From a bacterium (GTDB taxonomy: Bacteria; Zixibacteria; MSB-5A5; GN15; FEB-12): a stretch of 41,213 bases of DNA. The notes under the pieces were generated by a model. The model was not told the origin of the DNA and did no database searches. It saw only the letters and a list, made by a program, of their open reading frames with translations. Shown in pieces: positions 8,547 to 16,542 of this stretch (the stretch's first letter is position 1; every line of letters begins with the position of its first letter). The stretch spans positions 1 through 41,213 of the forward strand of contig JBDRNJ010000022.1 in the NCBI GenBank assembly GCA_043811375.1. Reading direction: 5' to 3'. The translations under genes were made by a program, and so were the position numbers.

Positions 8547-9377
8547 CTACATCCTCTCCACACAACCTGCGATCAAATCACGCAATTTCGGTTCAGTGGC
8601 GGCGGCAGTGCCGATGACGTCCTCAAGCGAACAGGGGTGCATGTTGTCGGCCAGGCCCATGTCGGTGATGATCGAAAAAGCCAGAATCTTGTTGTGCTGG
8701 TGATGGGCCGTGATCACCTCCGGCACAGTCGACATCCCCACCGCATCAGCCCCGATAGTCCGGAAAAAGCGATACTCGGCAGCTGTCTCCAGGCAGGGAC
8801 CGGTCAAACCGAGATAAACACCTTCCTGTAAACGCAGTTTCTGTTCTAGTGCTACATCTTTGGCAATTTGTAAGTAATTATGATTGTAGACTTCGTACAT
8901 GTCGGGGAAACGGTCGCCCCATTTGTCATCGTTGGGACCGATCAACGGGTTGCCGGGGAAGAAATTGATATGATCCTTGATCAGCATAATGTCGCCCGGC
9001 TTGAAGTTAGGGTTCATACCTCCGGCGGCGTTGGAGACAATCAGCGTGCCGATCCCCAGCGCCTTGAGCACCCGCACCGGGAAAGCGATCTGCTGGAATG
9101 AGTAACCTTCATAGTAGTGGAAGCGACCCTGCATACAAACAACCGGCTTACCGCGCAACTTGCCGTACAGCAGTCGCCCGGCGTGAGATTCAACGGTCGA
9201 CACCGGGAAATGCGGAATCCTGTCATAGTCGACGGTGCCGACCATCTCGATACCATCCACCAGCGAGCCTAACCCGGTACCGAGAATTATCCCGATATCC
9301 GGTTGCAGCTTGACCTGTCCCTGTATGTAACCGACCGCCTCGTTGAGCATCCGGTGAAAGTTCTCAATATCGTTCAT
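8547..9377 (-). CDS. punA: Purine nucleoside phosphorylase (trimeric PNP I/xanthosine type, 276 aa)
   Basis: GIILGTGLG, STVESHAG, QGRFHYYEG, VSNAAGG, GPCLETAAE, DAVGMSTVPE; AAGGAG RBS. Confidence 0.95.
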   Translation of the reverse strand: MNDIENFHRMLNEAVGYIQGQVKLQPDIGIILGTGLGSLVDGIEMVGTVDYDRIPHFPVSTVESHAGRLLYGKLRGKPVVCMQGRFHYYEGYSFQQIAFPVRVLKALGIGTLIVSNAAGGMNPNFKPGDIMLIKDHINFFPGNPLIGPNDDKWGDRFPDMYEVYNHNYLQIAKDVALEQKLRLQEGVYLGLTGPCLETAAEYRFFRTIGADAVGMSTVPEVITAHHQHNKILAFSIITDMGLADNMHPCSLEDVIGTAAATEPKLRDLIAGCVERM

Positions 9378-9556
9378 TGCCGTTATCTCCTTTACATGAA
9401 TGGTAATAGCAACTGACGCAAATATACGACTTCGGGTGATGGAGTCACCAGAAAAATGATATTGGAATGATTCTCCCCCCTGTCTGATAAGCGGACGTGT
9501 GGGCTGATCGACAGCCTCAGATTTAGCAGAGGCTGCCGGACAAACGCCGTGTTATC

Positions 9557-9799
9557 CTACCGTCTGGTATCGATACGCGGTTCGACAAAGGTATCCCAGA
9601 AAAAGTTCCTTTCGTCGTCCCGCGCTTCCGAGAATCGGAGCGCAGCCTCCAGATACTCCAGCTTCGTCTGGTCCCGTCCCTGTGACTGCCGCGCTGTTCT
9701 CAGTTTCTGCAGCGCAGCTTCCATTTTATCCAGGTATCGATGCCATTGGCGCTGCGAATCGGTGTCGTTAATCTTCTCAAGTATGAGACTGGCTTTCAT
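9557..9799 (-). CDS. Small hypothetical helical protein (80 aa)
   Basis: AAGGAG RBS and TTGACC-N17-TAGATT promoter upstream; charged, helical composition. Confidence 0.7.
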   Translation of the reverse strand: MKASLILEKINDTDSQRQWHRYLDKMEAALQKLRTARQSQGRDQTKLEYLEAALRFSEARDDERNFFWDTFVEPRIDTRR

Positions 9800-9822
9800 G
9801 ATGCTCTCCTTTCATCGCCGAC

Positions 9823-9851
9823 AATCTAAGGAGGTTATCGAGCGAGGTCAA
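9823..9851 (-). promoter_or_regulatory. Sigma70 promoter of 80-aa ORF
   Basis: TTGACC-N17-TAGATT on the minus strand, 23 nt upstream of the ATG. Confidence 0.6.
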
Positions 9852-9901
9852 TTAGAATAGGCATCGGCCTGTTGTTCGACAGAAGTTATCCGAGAACGCC
9901 G

Positions 9902-9936
9902 CGGGGTCTCTCCGAAAGGAGGAGCTCCGTTATTTT
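9902..9936 (+). terminator. Rho-independent terminator-like hairpin
   Basis: CGGGGTCTCTCC-GAAA-GGAGGAGCTCCG followed by TTATTTT. Confidence 0.5.
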
Positions 9937-9940
9937 ATGT

Positions 9941-10183
9941 GCGGCGGAGATTCGCCGCCATTTGGCCAGGGCCAACCCGGACCGGTTTGAACCTGACCAG
10001 GCCATCAGCTTACGTAACATGGGGCTGATATTCCTTGACACGGACAAGCGCTCCGAGGCCGTTGATATCTTCAGCGAGGCTGTTACTCTAATTCGCCCAT
10101 ACGCAGAAAGATGGCCGGGAAGCCCTCATGAGAACTTGCTCAATGACCTTCAGCGCGATCTAAAACGGGCTTCAGGCGATTGA
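9941..10183 (+). pseudogene. C-terminal remnant of a tetratricopeptide-repeat protein
   Basis: AAEIRRHLARANPDRFEPDQAISLRNMG..EAVDIFSEAV resembles the 'R.LA..NP..F.PDLA.SL.NLG' TPR class; only about one repeat, no credible start, and a terminator hairpin directly upstream. Confidence 0.6.
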
Positions 10184-10349
10184 GAGTCATAGTTGAGCAA
10201 GTTGCCTGGCCACGCAGCACCGAAATAGCGGAATAACGGAAATAAGCACAGTTTCAATATAGGTCCGGGTTACGGGGGAAGCAATATCAACAGCTATGCA
10301 TCGCACATGTCCCCAGCCACGAGTTTCTTATCCCAAGCGCCAGTTTTTC

Positions 10350-10378
10350 TGTTACCTTTTGCCCCACCAAAGTGTCTA
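10350..10378 (+). promoter_or_regulatory. Candidate ECF-sigma autoregulatory promoter
   Basis: TGTTACC-N16-TGTCTA immediately upstream of ATGATG (10383/10386), similar to the general ECF (G)TAACC-N16/17-GTC layout. Confidence 0.5.
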
Positions 10379-10382
10379 AAGG

Positions 10383-10964
10383 ATGATGGCAGACAATAGG
10401 ATCCTGTTTTGGAAGCTGGTGGAAGCGGAGCACCTTAGAGCCAGAGCTTTCTGCCGCAAGCTGATGGGTAACCGCGACGACGGCGATGATCTCTACCACG
10501 ATACGCTGGTAAGAGCCTTGTCGAAGTTTGCCGATCTGCGCGAACGAGCGGCTTTCCGGCCCTGGCTGTACCGGATTGCAGTCAATAGTTACCGCAATTG
10601 TATTCGGCAACCCTGGTGGCGACGGTTTTTGTCGCTGACACCCGAAGTTACCGAAAACCGAGCCACCGGAAATCTCGAGGCGGTTCAGGCGGCACGGCGG
10701 CGGCTGCAAGTAGCTTTTAAGGCCATCACGCCCGATGAGCGAGCACTGGTCATCCTCTTTGAAATGGAGGGCTGGACCATTGCCGAACTGGCCCGGCTCT
10801 TCGTCAAAAACGAAGCGGCAGTCAAAGTACAACTGTCGCGGGCCAGGCGTAAGATGCGGGAAGCGATCATTAAGCGCTTCCGGTTCAATCCGACCGAGCG
10901 ACCATCGCCGGCAGGAAAATGTGAGGATGGTATATGCGTTGCAATGAAGCCCGGCAAAGATTAA
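10383..10964 (+). CDS. ECF-family RNA polymerase sigma factor (193 aa)
   Basis: Region 2 (DGDDLYHDTLVRA..FRPWLYRIAVN) and region 4 (ILFEMEGWTIAELA..VKVQLSRARRKMR). Confidence 0.93.
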   Translation: MMADNRILFWKLVEAEHLRARAFCRKLMGNRDDGDDLYHDTLVRALSKFADLRERAAFRPWLYRIAVNSYRNCIRQPWWRRFLSLTPEVTENRATGNLEAVQAARRRLQVAFKAITPDERALVILFEMEGWTIAELARLFVKNEAAVKVQLSRARRKMREAIIKRFRFNPTERPSPAGKCEDGICVAMKPGKD

Positions 10965-12355
10965 GTGAATGGCGGTTAGCCAAACCGGGACAGGTACAGG
11001 ATCTGCAACTCGAGCGGCACCTGCGGCAATGCCCGGCCTGTGCGCGTCAGGCCGACGCAATTCGGCTGCTCAGGCACGATATCGGTACCAGTGCTGTTCA
11101 TGATCTTGAAGATGGCCTGCCACTGGCTATACTGAAAAGTCGTGTCGAAGCGCGCGTCTCACAGATACATCAACCAGACACCAAGGAGATTTCACTGATG
11201 ACTACTATTGTTCGCAACCTTAAGAAACGTCCCCGGCTGAGTGCTGCCGTTATCTTCGGCATCGCGATGCTGGTCTTTCTGACACTGGTACCGTTCAAGT
11301 TTGACCACACTGTCGGCTACGAGGTGGCTGTGGCCGGTGTTGATCCGACTCTCGCCCTCGACAACGACAGAGTCGAAGCGCTGCTGGCTAAACTGGGTAT
11401 GGAAAAGGCCGAGGTTAAGGTTGTCGGTTGTGATACCACCTGTGAGATTGTTATCAGTTGCCTCGAATCGCAGGGCGATGCCGACCTGGTCGTAGCCGCG
11501 TTTACAAGTGGCGGAAAGGTCGCATTTGACTGCGAGGTAATTGAAGTGTTCAAGGAGGAATCAGGCTCTTTGCTGGAACAAGCCAAGTGCGCTATTGTGG
11601 TTCGTGGGCAAGCGAGCCGGGATGACGGCACCATGCGCAAGATTCTGGTGGAACAACTCGGCGAAGGGTGTGGCGGCGATGCCGTAGCCTGGATGCACTG
11701 CCTTACAGACAGCATGCTGTGTGGTGATGGAATTGGTTCCGGTAAGATCGCCATTAAGCTCGCTAGTGATGGTCAGGACGAGGTGTTCAATATGAACATC
11801 ATCGGCGACGATAGCATTAAGAAGTGCATAATGATCCAGGGAGCCGGAGATGGATCTTTGCAGGATATATGCGCCCGGCTGAAACTGGAAGGTGGGGAGC
11901 TTGACGAAGAACTCATCCGGCAGTTGGAAGAACAAGGATGTGAGGTCACGGTGGAAACCAGCGCCGACGGCACACAAAAAGCTGTCAAGATCAAGTGTAA
12001 CGATAGTGCGCTAGAAGGTATTGAAGATGAAGGCGACGAGTCGGCCGCCAAAGAGTCGACCGAGCCGGATATGCCCGACCAGTTCGAACTGTCCCAGAAC
12101 TACCCCAATCCTTTCAACCCCACGACAACCATCGGCTTCAGCTTACCGCAGAGCGAGCATGTCACGCTGGAGATTGTCAATATCCAGGGGCAGATTGTAC
12201 GCACGCTCATCGATGAAGTCCGCAGTGCCGGACATCACCATATCGAGTGGGATGCCACGTCGGATGCCGGCAACAAGTTAGCGTCGGGCGTCTATTTCTA
12301 CCGCCTCAAGGCCGGTGACAACATTGACTCAAAGAAGATGACGTTATTGAAGTAG
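10934..12355 (+). CDS. zf-HC2 anti-sigma factor with TM helix, Cys-rich ectodomain and C-terminal FlgD-Ig/T9SS-A-like sorting domain (473 aa)
   Basis: MRC..HLRQCPAC at the N-terminus; one TM (LSAAVIFGIAMLVFLTLVPF); C-terminal FELSQNYPNPFNPTTTIGFSL..GQIVRTL..WDATSDAGNKLASGVYFYRL..KKMTLLK; overlaps the ECF gene; GAGG RBS. Confidence 0.85.
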   Translation: MRCNEARQRLSEWRLAKPGQVQDLQLERHLRQCPACARQADAIRLLRHDIGTSAVHDLEDGLPLAILKSRVEARVSQIHQPDTKEISLMTTIVRNLKKRPRLSAAVIFGIAMLVFLTLVPFKFDHTVGYEVAVAGVDPTLALDNDRVEALLAKLGMEKAEVKVVGCDTTCEIVISCLESQGDADLVVAAFTSGGKVAFDCEVIEVFKEESGSLLEQAKCAIVVRGQASRDDGTMRKILVEQLGEGCGGDAVAWMHCLTDSMLCGDGIGSGKIAIKLASDGQDEVFNMNIIGDDSIKKCIMIQGAGDGSLQDICARLKLEGGELDEELIRQLEEQGCEVTVETSADGTQKAVKIKCNDSALEGIEDEGDESAAKESTEPDMPDQFELSQNYPNPFNPTTTIGFSLPQSEHVTLEIVNIQGQIVRTLIDEVRSAGHHHIEWDATSDAGNKLASGVYFYRLKAGDNIDSKKMTLLK

Positions 12356-12379
12356 ACAGCACAGTAATCATAGCAATAT

Positions 12380-12420
12380 AAATCAACCCGGATGCAATCG
12401 TGTCCGGGCTGATTTTGTTT
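12380..12420 (+). terminator. Rho-independent terminator after anti-sigma gene
   Basis: AAATCAACCCGGA..TCCGGGCTGATTTT stem followed by a T-rich tail. Confidence 0.65.
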
Positions 12421-12512
12421 GTGAACCGATATACAGGGCCATGCTTTGAGACATCGCCAACGGCTGGCAATCCGAAACTTGTTTGGGATTGAATCAGTAT
12501 TACCAAGAAAAG

Positions 12513-12594
12513 TGGTGGGGGGAGGATTCGAACCTCCGAAGGCTTCGCCGACAGATTTACAGTCTGTTCCCTTTGGCCACTCGGGAACCCCACC
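12513..12594 (-). tRNA. tRNA-Tyr(GTA), CCA not encoded
   Basis: GGTGGGGTTCCCGAGTGGCCAAAGGGAACAGACTGTAAATCTGTC..GGAGGTTCGAATCCTCCCCCCACCA; long variable arm. Confidence 0.97.
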
Positions 12595-12715
12595 TTAGGC
12601 TACTAACAGAAACGGCGCCAGTGCCGACACCGGCCCCGTATCAATAAGTGTCGAGATTATATATCAATGACTTTAGAAAAGCAAAGGAAAAACTGAACGA
12701 GCTATCAGACAGGTT

Positions 12716-13870
12716 TCAATCGGCCGTAACGCCGCTCTCTTTTATTCGGTTTCGGGCATTATCTGTCGGAACCGCCTCTTCCCCGCTGCGACGAGTCACC
12801 AGACGCGCCACCCGCGGGAATTCCCGGCGCAGATCGGACGTGAGTTCATGGTAAGACTGCCGATCAGGTCCGCTTCCGCGCTTTTTCAAACCTTCCAGGG
12901 CGATGATAGAAAAAACCGACAAAAACAGCGCCACCATCCCGCTGATGACAACCGTCATCAGACGCCGCGGGCCGGATTTCTGTACCGGCAGCGACGGTGA
13001 ATCGAGAACCCGGACGATGGGTACGTCTTTCTGAGCATCCAGCTTGGCGACTTCGTACTCCTGACGCAGAAACAGGTAGGTCTTGGATTTCAGTGCGATA
13101 TCCCGCTCAAATCTGGCCAGTTGCTTGAGTATCTCCGGACTGGTGCTGCCGGTCCAGTCACGGTTAACAAGCTGGAACTGTTCCATGCTGTCCTCGGAGA
13201 GAGCCAGTTCCTGTTCAATCGCCTTGAACTGACGATCCAGGTAGCGAGCATTGTCCCTGGCCTGCGAGCGCCTTTTGTGCAGGTTGAAAGTTTCCAGTTC
13301 AGCCAGGTACCGGTTGAGAACCTGTTGAGAGAACTCCGGGTATTTCGTCTCCACGGAAATACCGATCACACCCGTCTTCTTGTCGAGAGCAACCGAAGTG
13401 ATGGCTGCGAGAGCGCGGTGCAGTCGGTCGGGGTTGTCCTGTTTGAAGTACTCAGCCAGCGTCAGTTTCATCGGCTCTGATCTGTGAGTGAAGGAATACT
13501 CGTGCTTGAGCACGGCGTCGTGTATCGAACGCGACTGTAATATAACCGGAAACAACTCCGAGGAGTTCTCATCCCTGGTTGTCAGGCTGCCCAGGCCGGC
13601 CAGGTCCTTTAGCTGAAACATCTTGTCGGCACCACCCGATGGCAGAATGACTGCGGAGGAGGTGTACATATTTGGCATCAGCAACATGATACCACACGCC
13701 ACCACAACCACAGCCCCGGATATGGCTGCAATCCATTTCTTCCGTCGCACCAATAGCCCGGTCAGTACAAACAGATCAATCTCAGTTTCCGGCGATGATT
13801 CCGAATTGCTCGATTGTCGTACCGGGTTGTTGTTATATCCTCTGTCAGAACCGTTGAACCGTCTGGTCAT
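12716..13870 (-). CDS. Wzz/GNVR-domain polysaccharide co-polymerase (chain-length regulator, 384 aa)
   Basis: EIDLFVL..N-terminal TM, YTSSAVILP, coiled coil, RVLDSPSLPVQKSGPRR + C-terminal TM; no kinase domain. Confidence 0.85.
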   Translation of the reverse strand: MTRRFNGSDRGYNNNPVRQSSNSESSPETEIDLFVLTGLLVRRKKWIAAISGAVVVVACGIMLLMPNMYTSSAVILPSGGADKMFQLKDLAGLGSLTTRDENSSELFPVILQSRSIHDAVLKHEYSFTHRSEPMKLTLAEYFKQDNPDRLHRALAAITSVALDKKTGVIGISVETKYPEFSQQVLNRYLAELETFNLHKRRSQARDNARYLDRQFKAIEQELALSEDSMEQFQLVNRDWTGSTSPEILKQLARFERDIALKSKTYLFLRQEYEVAKLDAQKDVPIVRVLDSPSLPVQKSGPRRLMTVVISGMVALFLSVFSIIALEGLKKRGSGPDRQSYHELTSDLRREFPRVARLVTRRSGEEAVPTDNARNRIKESGVTAD

Positions 13871-13929
13871 ATCTGCTTTTTCCTGAGTCCGGGGTCTATC
13901 ACTAATCGTATTAATACACGAAATATGCT

Positions 13930-13945
13930 TACAAATAATGTGCCA
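13930..13945 (-). promoter_or_regulatory. Candidate sigma54 (-24/-12) promoter
   Basis: TGGCAC-ATTAT-TTGTA versus consensus TGGCAC-N5-TTGCW (one mismatch at -12), 60 nt upstream of the wzz-like ATG. Confidence 0.4.
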
Positions 13946-14101
13946 TTTGCGAAGCGCGAGTGTGTGTTTGTATCGCATTGTGTGACATAAGGTTAATTGT
14001 GAGCGCCGGGCTGTGGAGCAAAACCTTTGAATGTAAATCGGTAATCATGGAAAACGTTTCCGTGTCAAAGAGAAAGGTGATTCCATCGCACAGTTGGGTA
14101 A

Positions 14102-15364
14102 TCACCGGGAGGTGGTATATTCCTGCTGTGCCTGCGGCTTGATTTCTGTTGCTGACACCCGGTAGTCAGCCGGTGCGTTCTTGGCCAGGCGAATGTAAGC
14201 ATCGGCCACGGCGTCCCACTGATAATGCTGCCGCACCCGCTGTTGCATGGCCGGGGCATGATCCGGGGATAACAGAACTTGTTTGAAAGTAGCGGCAATA
14301 ACAGCCGGGTCAAACAGCATCCCGGTACTGCCTAACACTTCCCGGCTGAACTCGCAGTCAATCGCCATCAGACGCGGACAGGTGGCCATCGCCTCCAGCA
14401 ACGCCGGGTTGGTGCCACCGACGCTGTTGCCATGAACATAGCAGAAACAGTTACCGCGCAGGACTTGCAGAACCCCGGCGTCATAGTTGGCTTCCATAAC
14501 ACACACACCGTGCCGGCCGTCAAAGGCAACCAGGCGCTGAGCATACGGTGTCGGGTCCTTGTAACCGATAAAGACCATTTTGAAACCGGTTTCACCCAAT
14601 CCCGACTCGTGAAAGGCCGCAGCCACCCGAACCGGCAGATTGTCTGGTTCGATGCGGGTTATTTGCAGGAAGTATTTGCTTTTTTCAAGGTCGAATTTGT
14701 TGAGTATGGTATCCTCTTCACGCCGGGTTATAGTCGGTGGAACCGGGCAACCATAGGGGATGAAGTTGGTTTTTTTGAAGAAACGCCGGCGATAGAAGCC
14801 CTGAATAGCACAAGAGTCTGAAATCAGTGTTCGACACATTCTGGAAATAAGAAATGAGGACAGGTAAGAGTATGATTTAAATGGCCAGGACCACTTGGCC
14901 CGACGCCATTCAAGACCATCGGTGTTAACCGACATCGGAATGCGAGCCAGCCAGGCCAGAAGGATTCCCGGGAAGTTGGCATTATTGAACCAGAAGACAT
15001 GACCGTACTGTCGTCGGTGTCGCAGCAGGTGCCACCCGGTTTGAACGGATGATACAAACGTCTCCAGCTTGCGATGACTACTCCCGCGCACATACACCAG
15101 ACGCCTTCCCCGATGCTCTGAGAGAGATTGCTTGGTAGCGGAAAGGCGACAGAAAACTTCGCAATCATACTCGTTGTCAACGAAGCGGCGGGAAATCTCG
15201 TCGACGGCAGTTTCGAATCCACCATAGTTGGCCGGCAGGCCACGAGTGCCGCAGAAGGCTACTGTTTTTCCGGGGGGGGGTGACTGTCGCCACCGACCGG
15301 ACGTGAAGGCTGAATTATGCAGCCGATTATGCGAATGTGTTTCCGAGCGTCGGGAATCTTCCAT
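14102..15364 (-). CDS. GT4 glycosyltransferase with DUF1972 (RgpA-like, probable rhamnosyltransferase)
   Basis: GTRGLPANYGGFET, VNTDGLEWRRAKW, RIEPDN, YVHGNSVGGTNPALLEAMA. Confidence 0.88.
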   Translation of the reverse strand: MEDSRRSETHSHNRLHNSAFTSGRWRQSPPPGKTVAFCGTRGLPANYGGFETAVDEISRRFVDNEYDCEVFCRLSATKQSLSEHRGRRLVYVRGSSHRKLETFVSSVQTGWHLLRHRRQYGHVFWFNNANFPGILLAWLARIPMSVNTDGLEWRRAKWSWPFKSYSYLSSFLISRMCRTLISDSCAIQGFYRRRFFKKTNFIPYGCPVPPTITRREEDTILNKFDLEKSKYFLQITRIEPDNLPVRVAAAFHESGLGETGFKMVFIGYKDPTPYAQRLVAFDGRHGVCVMEANYDAGVLQVLRGNCFCYVHGNSVGGTNPALLEAMATCPRLMAIDCEFSREVLGSTGMLFDPAVIAATFKQVLLSPDHAPAMQQRVRQHYQWDAVADAYIRLAKNAPADYRVSATEIKPQAQQEYTTSR

Positions 15365-15393
15365 TTCCCATAAGTATCGACTGATCGCTTCAC

Positions 15394-16542
15394 TTATTTA
15401 ACACCGCTGGTCACATTGAGTGCACTTCTGCCCGACTCGGCTACGGCGGCCAGACAATCGAGTGCCTGGAGATATTTCTTGGCCGCATGTGTCCAGGACC
15501 AGTCTTCAGCCCGCAACCTGCCCCGCCGGGCGAGGTCGGCCGCAAGGTTGGTATCGGCAAGCAATGATTTCATGGCTGCTGCGATCTGTTCGACATTGTT
15601 CGGATCAACCAGCAAACCGCAATCACCGACTACTTCCGGAATAGCGGTTGTATTCGACGTCACCACCGGCGTGCCGCAAGCCATCGCTTCCAGTGGCGGG
15701 ATACCGAGACCTTCGGCAAACGACGGATAGACAAACATGGTCGCCGCCCGGTAGAAATCGGCCAGTCGGTTATCAGGGACATCGGGAAGGAAACGGACGT
15801 ACTCGGCGATGCCCAGTTTTCTCGGGGCCGAGAGGATGTCTTCGAATCCGAAATCAGTCTGCCCGATTACCACCAGTGGACCAACATCCGGGCAGTATTG
15901 CCTGAGAATGGCATAGGCACGAAACAGACCGAGATGATTCTTACGGGGTTCCAGGCGACCGACGGTGAGCAGGAAATCCCTAACTCCGAATCGACGCGCA
16001 ATCAACTCAGAAGCGTCTGATCGATACCGTGTAGAAAACCTTTCAAGATCAACGCCGACTGGTACAATCCTGACCTTATCCGGGTGGAATCGGTACTGCT
16101 CCACCAGAATCTGTCGGCAGTACTGCGATATGGTATGAACCTGCCGGGCTCGAACGGCTGAGCGCCTTACCAGCATACGACTGCGCCACACGAACGCCTT
16201 CTTGAAGAACTGCGGATGGGTTTCAAAGAGCAGATCATGGACCGTCAGCAACCGGTCGCACGGCATCAGCAAAGGCGATATGTAGGTGCTGTGAAACAGC
16301 TCTATATCATGCTGTCTGATTAACGGCCGGGTCTGGTATGTAAGCCGTTTCAATCGGGAGGGCGATCGGTACTCCACATGCCGGTCCGGCCCGCCAAAAG
16401 GATAGTGCCCCCGCCAATGACCGAAAAACAAATACTTGTTGTGGTTATCGAGTTTTACAACTTCCCGGTAGAGGTTTTCCAGATATGTGCGACTGCCCTG
16501 GAATTTACCGGCGAGAACATGGCAGTCAACGCCAATTTTCAT
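15394..16542 (-). CDS. GT4 glycosyltransferase (MtfB/WbaZ-like)
   Basis: LTVHDL, VGRLEPRKN, FVYPSFAEGLGIPPLEAMACGTPVVTSN. Confidence 0.92.
   Translation of the reverse strand: MKIGVDCHVLAGKFQGSRTYLENLYREVVKLDNHNKYLFFGHWRGHYPFGGPDRHVEYRSPSRLKRLTYQTRPLIRQHDIELFHSTYISPLLMPCDRLLTVHDLLFETHPQFFKKAFVWRSRMLVRRSAVRARQVHTISQYCRQILVEQYRFHPDKVRIVPVGVDLERFSTRYRSDASELIARRFGVRDFLLTVGRLEPRKNHLGLFRAYAILRQYCPDVGPLVVIGQTDFGFEDILSAPRKLGIAEYVRFLPDVPDNRLADFYRAATMFVYPSFAEGLGIPPLEAMACGTPVVTSNTTAIPEVVGDCGLLVDPNNVEQIAAAMKSLLADTNLAADLARRGRLRAEDWSWTHAAKKYLQALDCLAAVAESGRSALNVTSGVK

Noticed and set aside
8547..9377. PNP as a dedicated anti-phage effector domain
   Set aside because: The sequence is a typical stand-alone housekeeping trimeric PNP, not the divergent PNP_UDP_1 effector type fused to NTPase/TPR modules.
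10287..11060. 257-aa minus-strand ORF
   Set aside because: Antisense to the well-supported ECF sigma/anti-sigma genes; no recognisable domain.
13995..14005. AATTGTGAGCG, identical to a lac operator half-site
   Set aside because: Second half-site absent and no vector sequence around it; likely chance.
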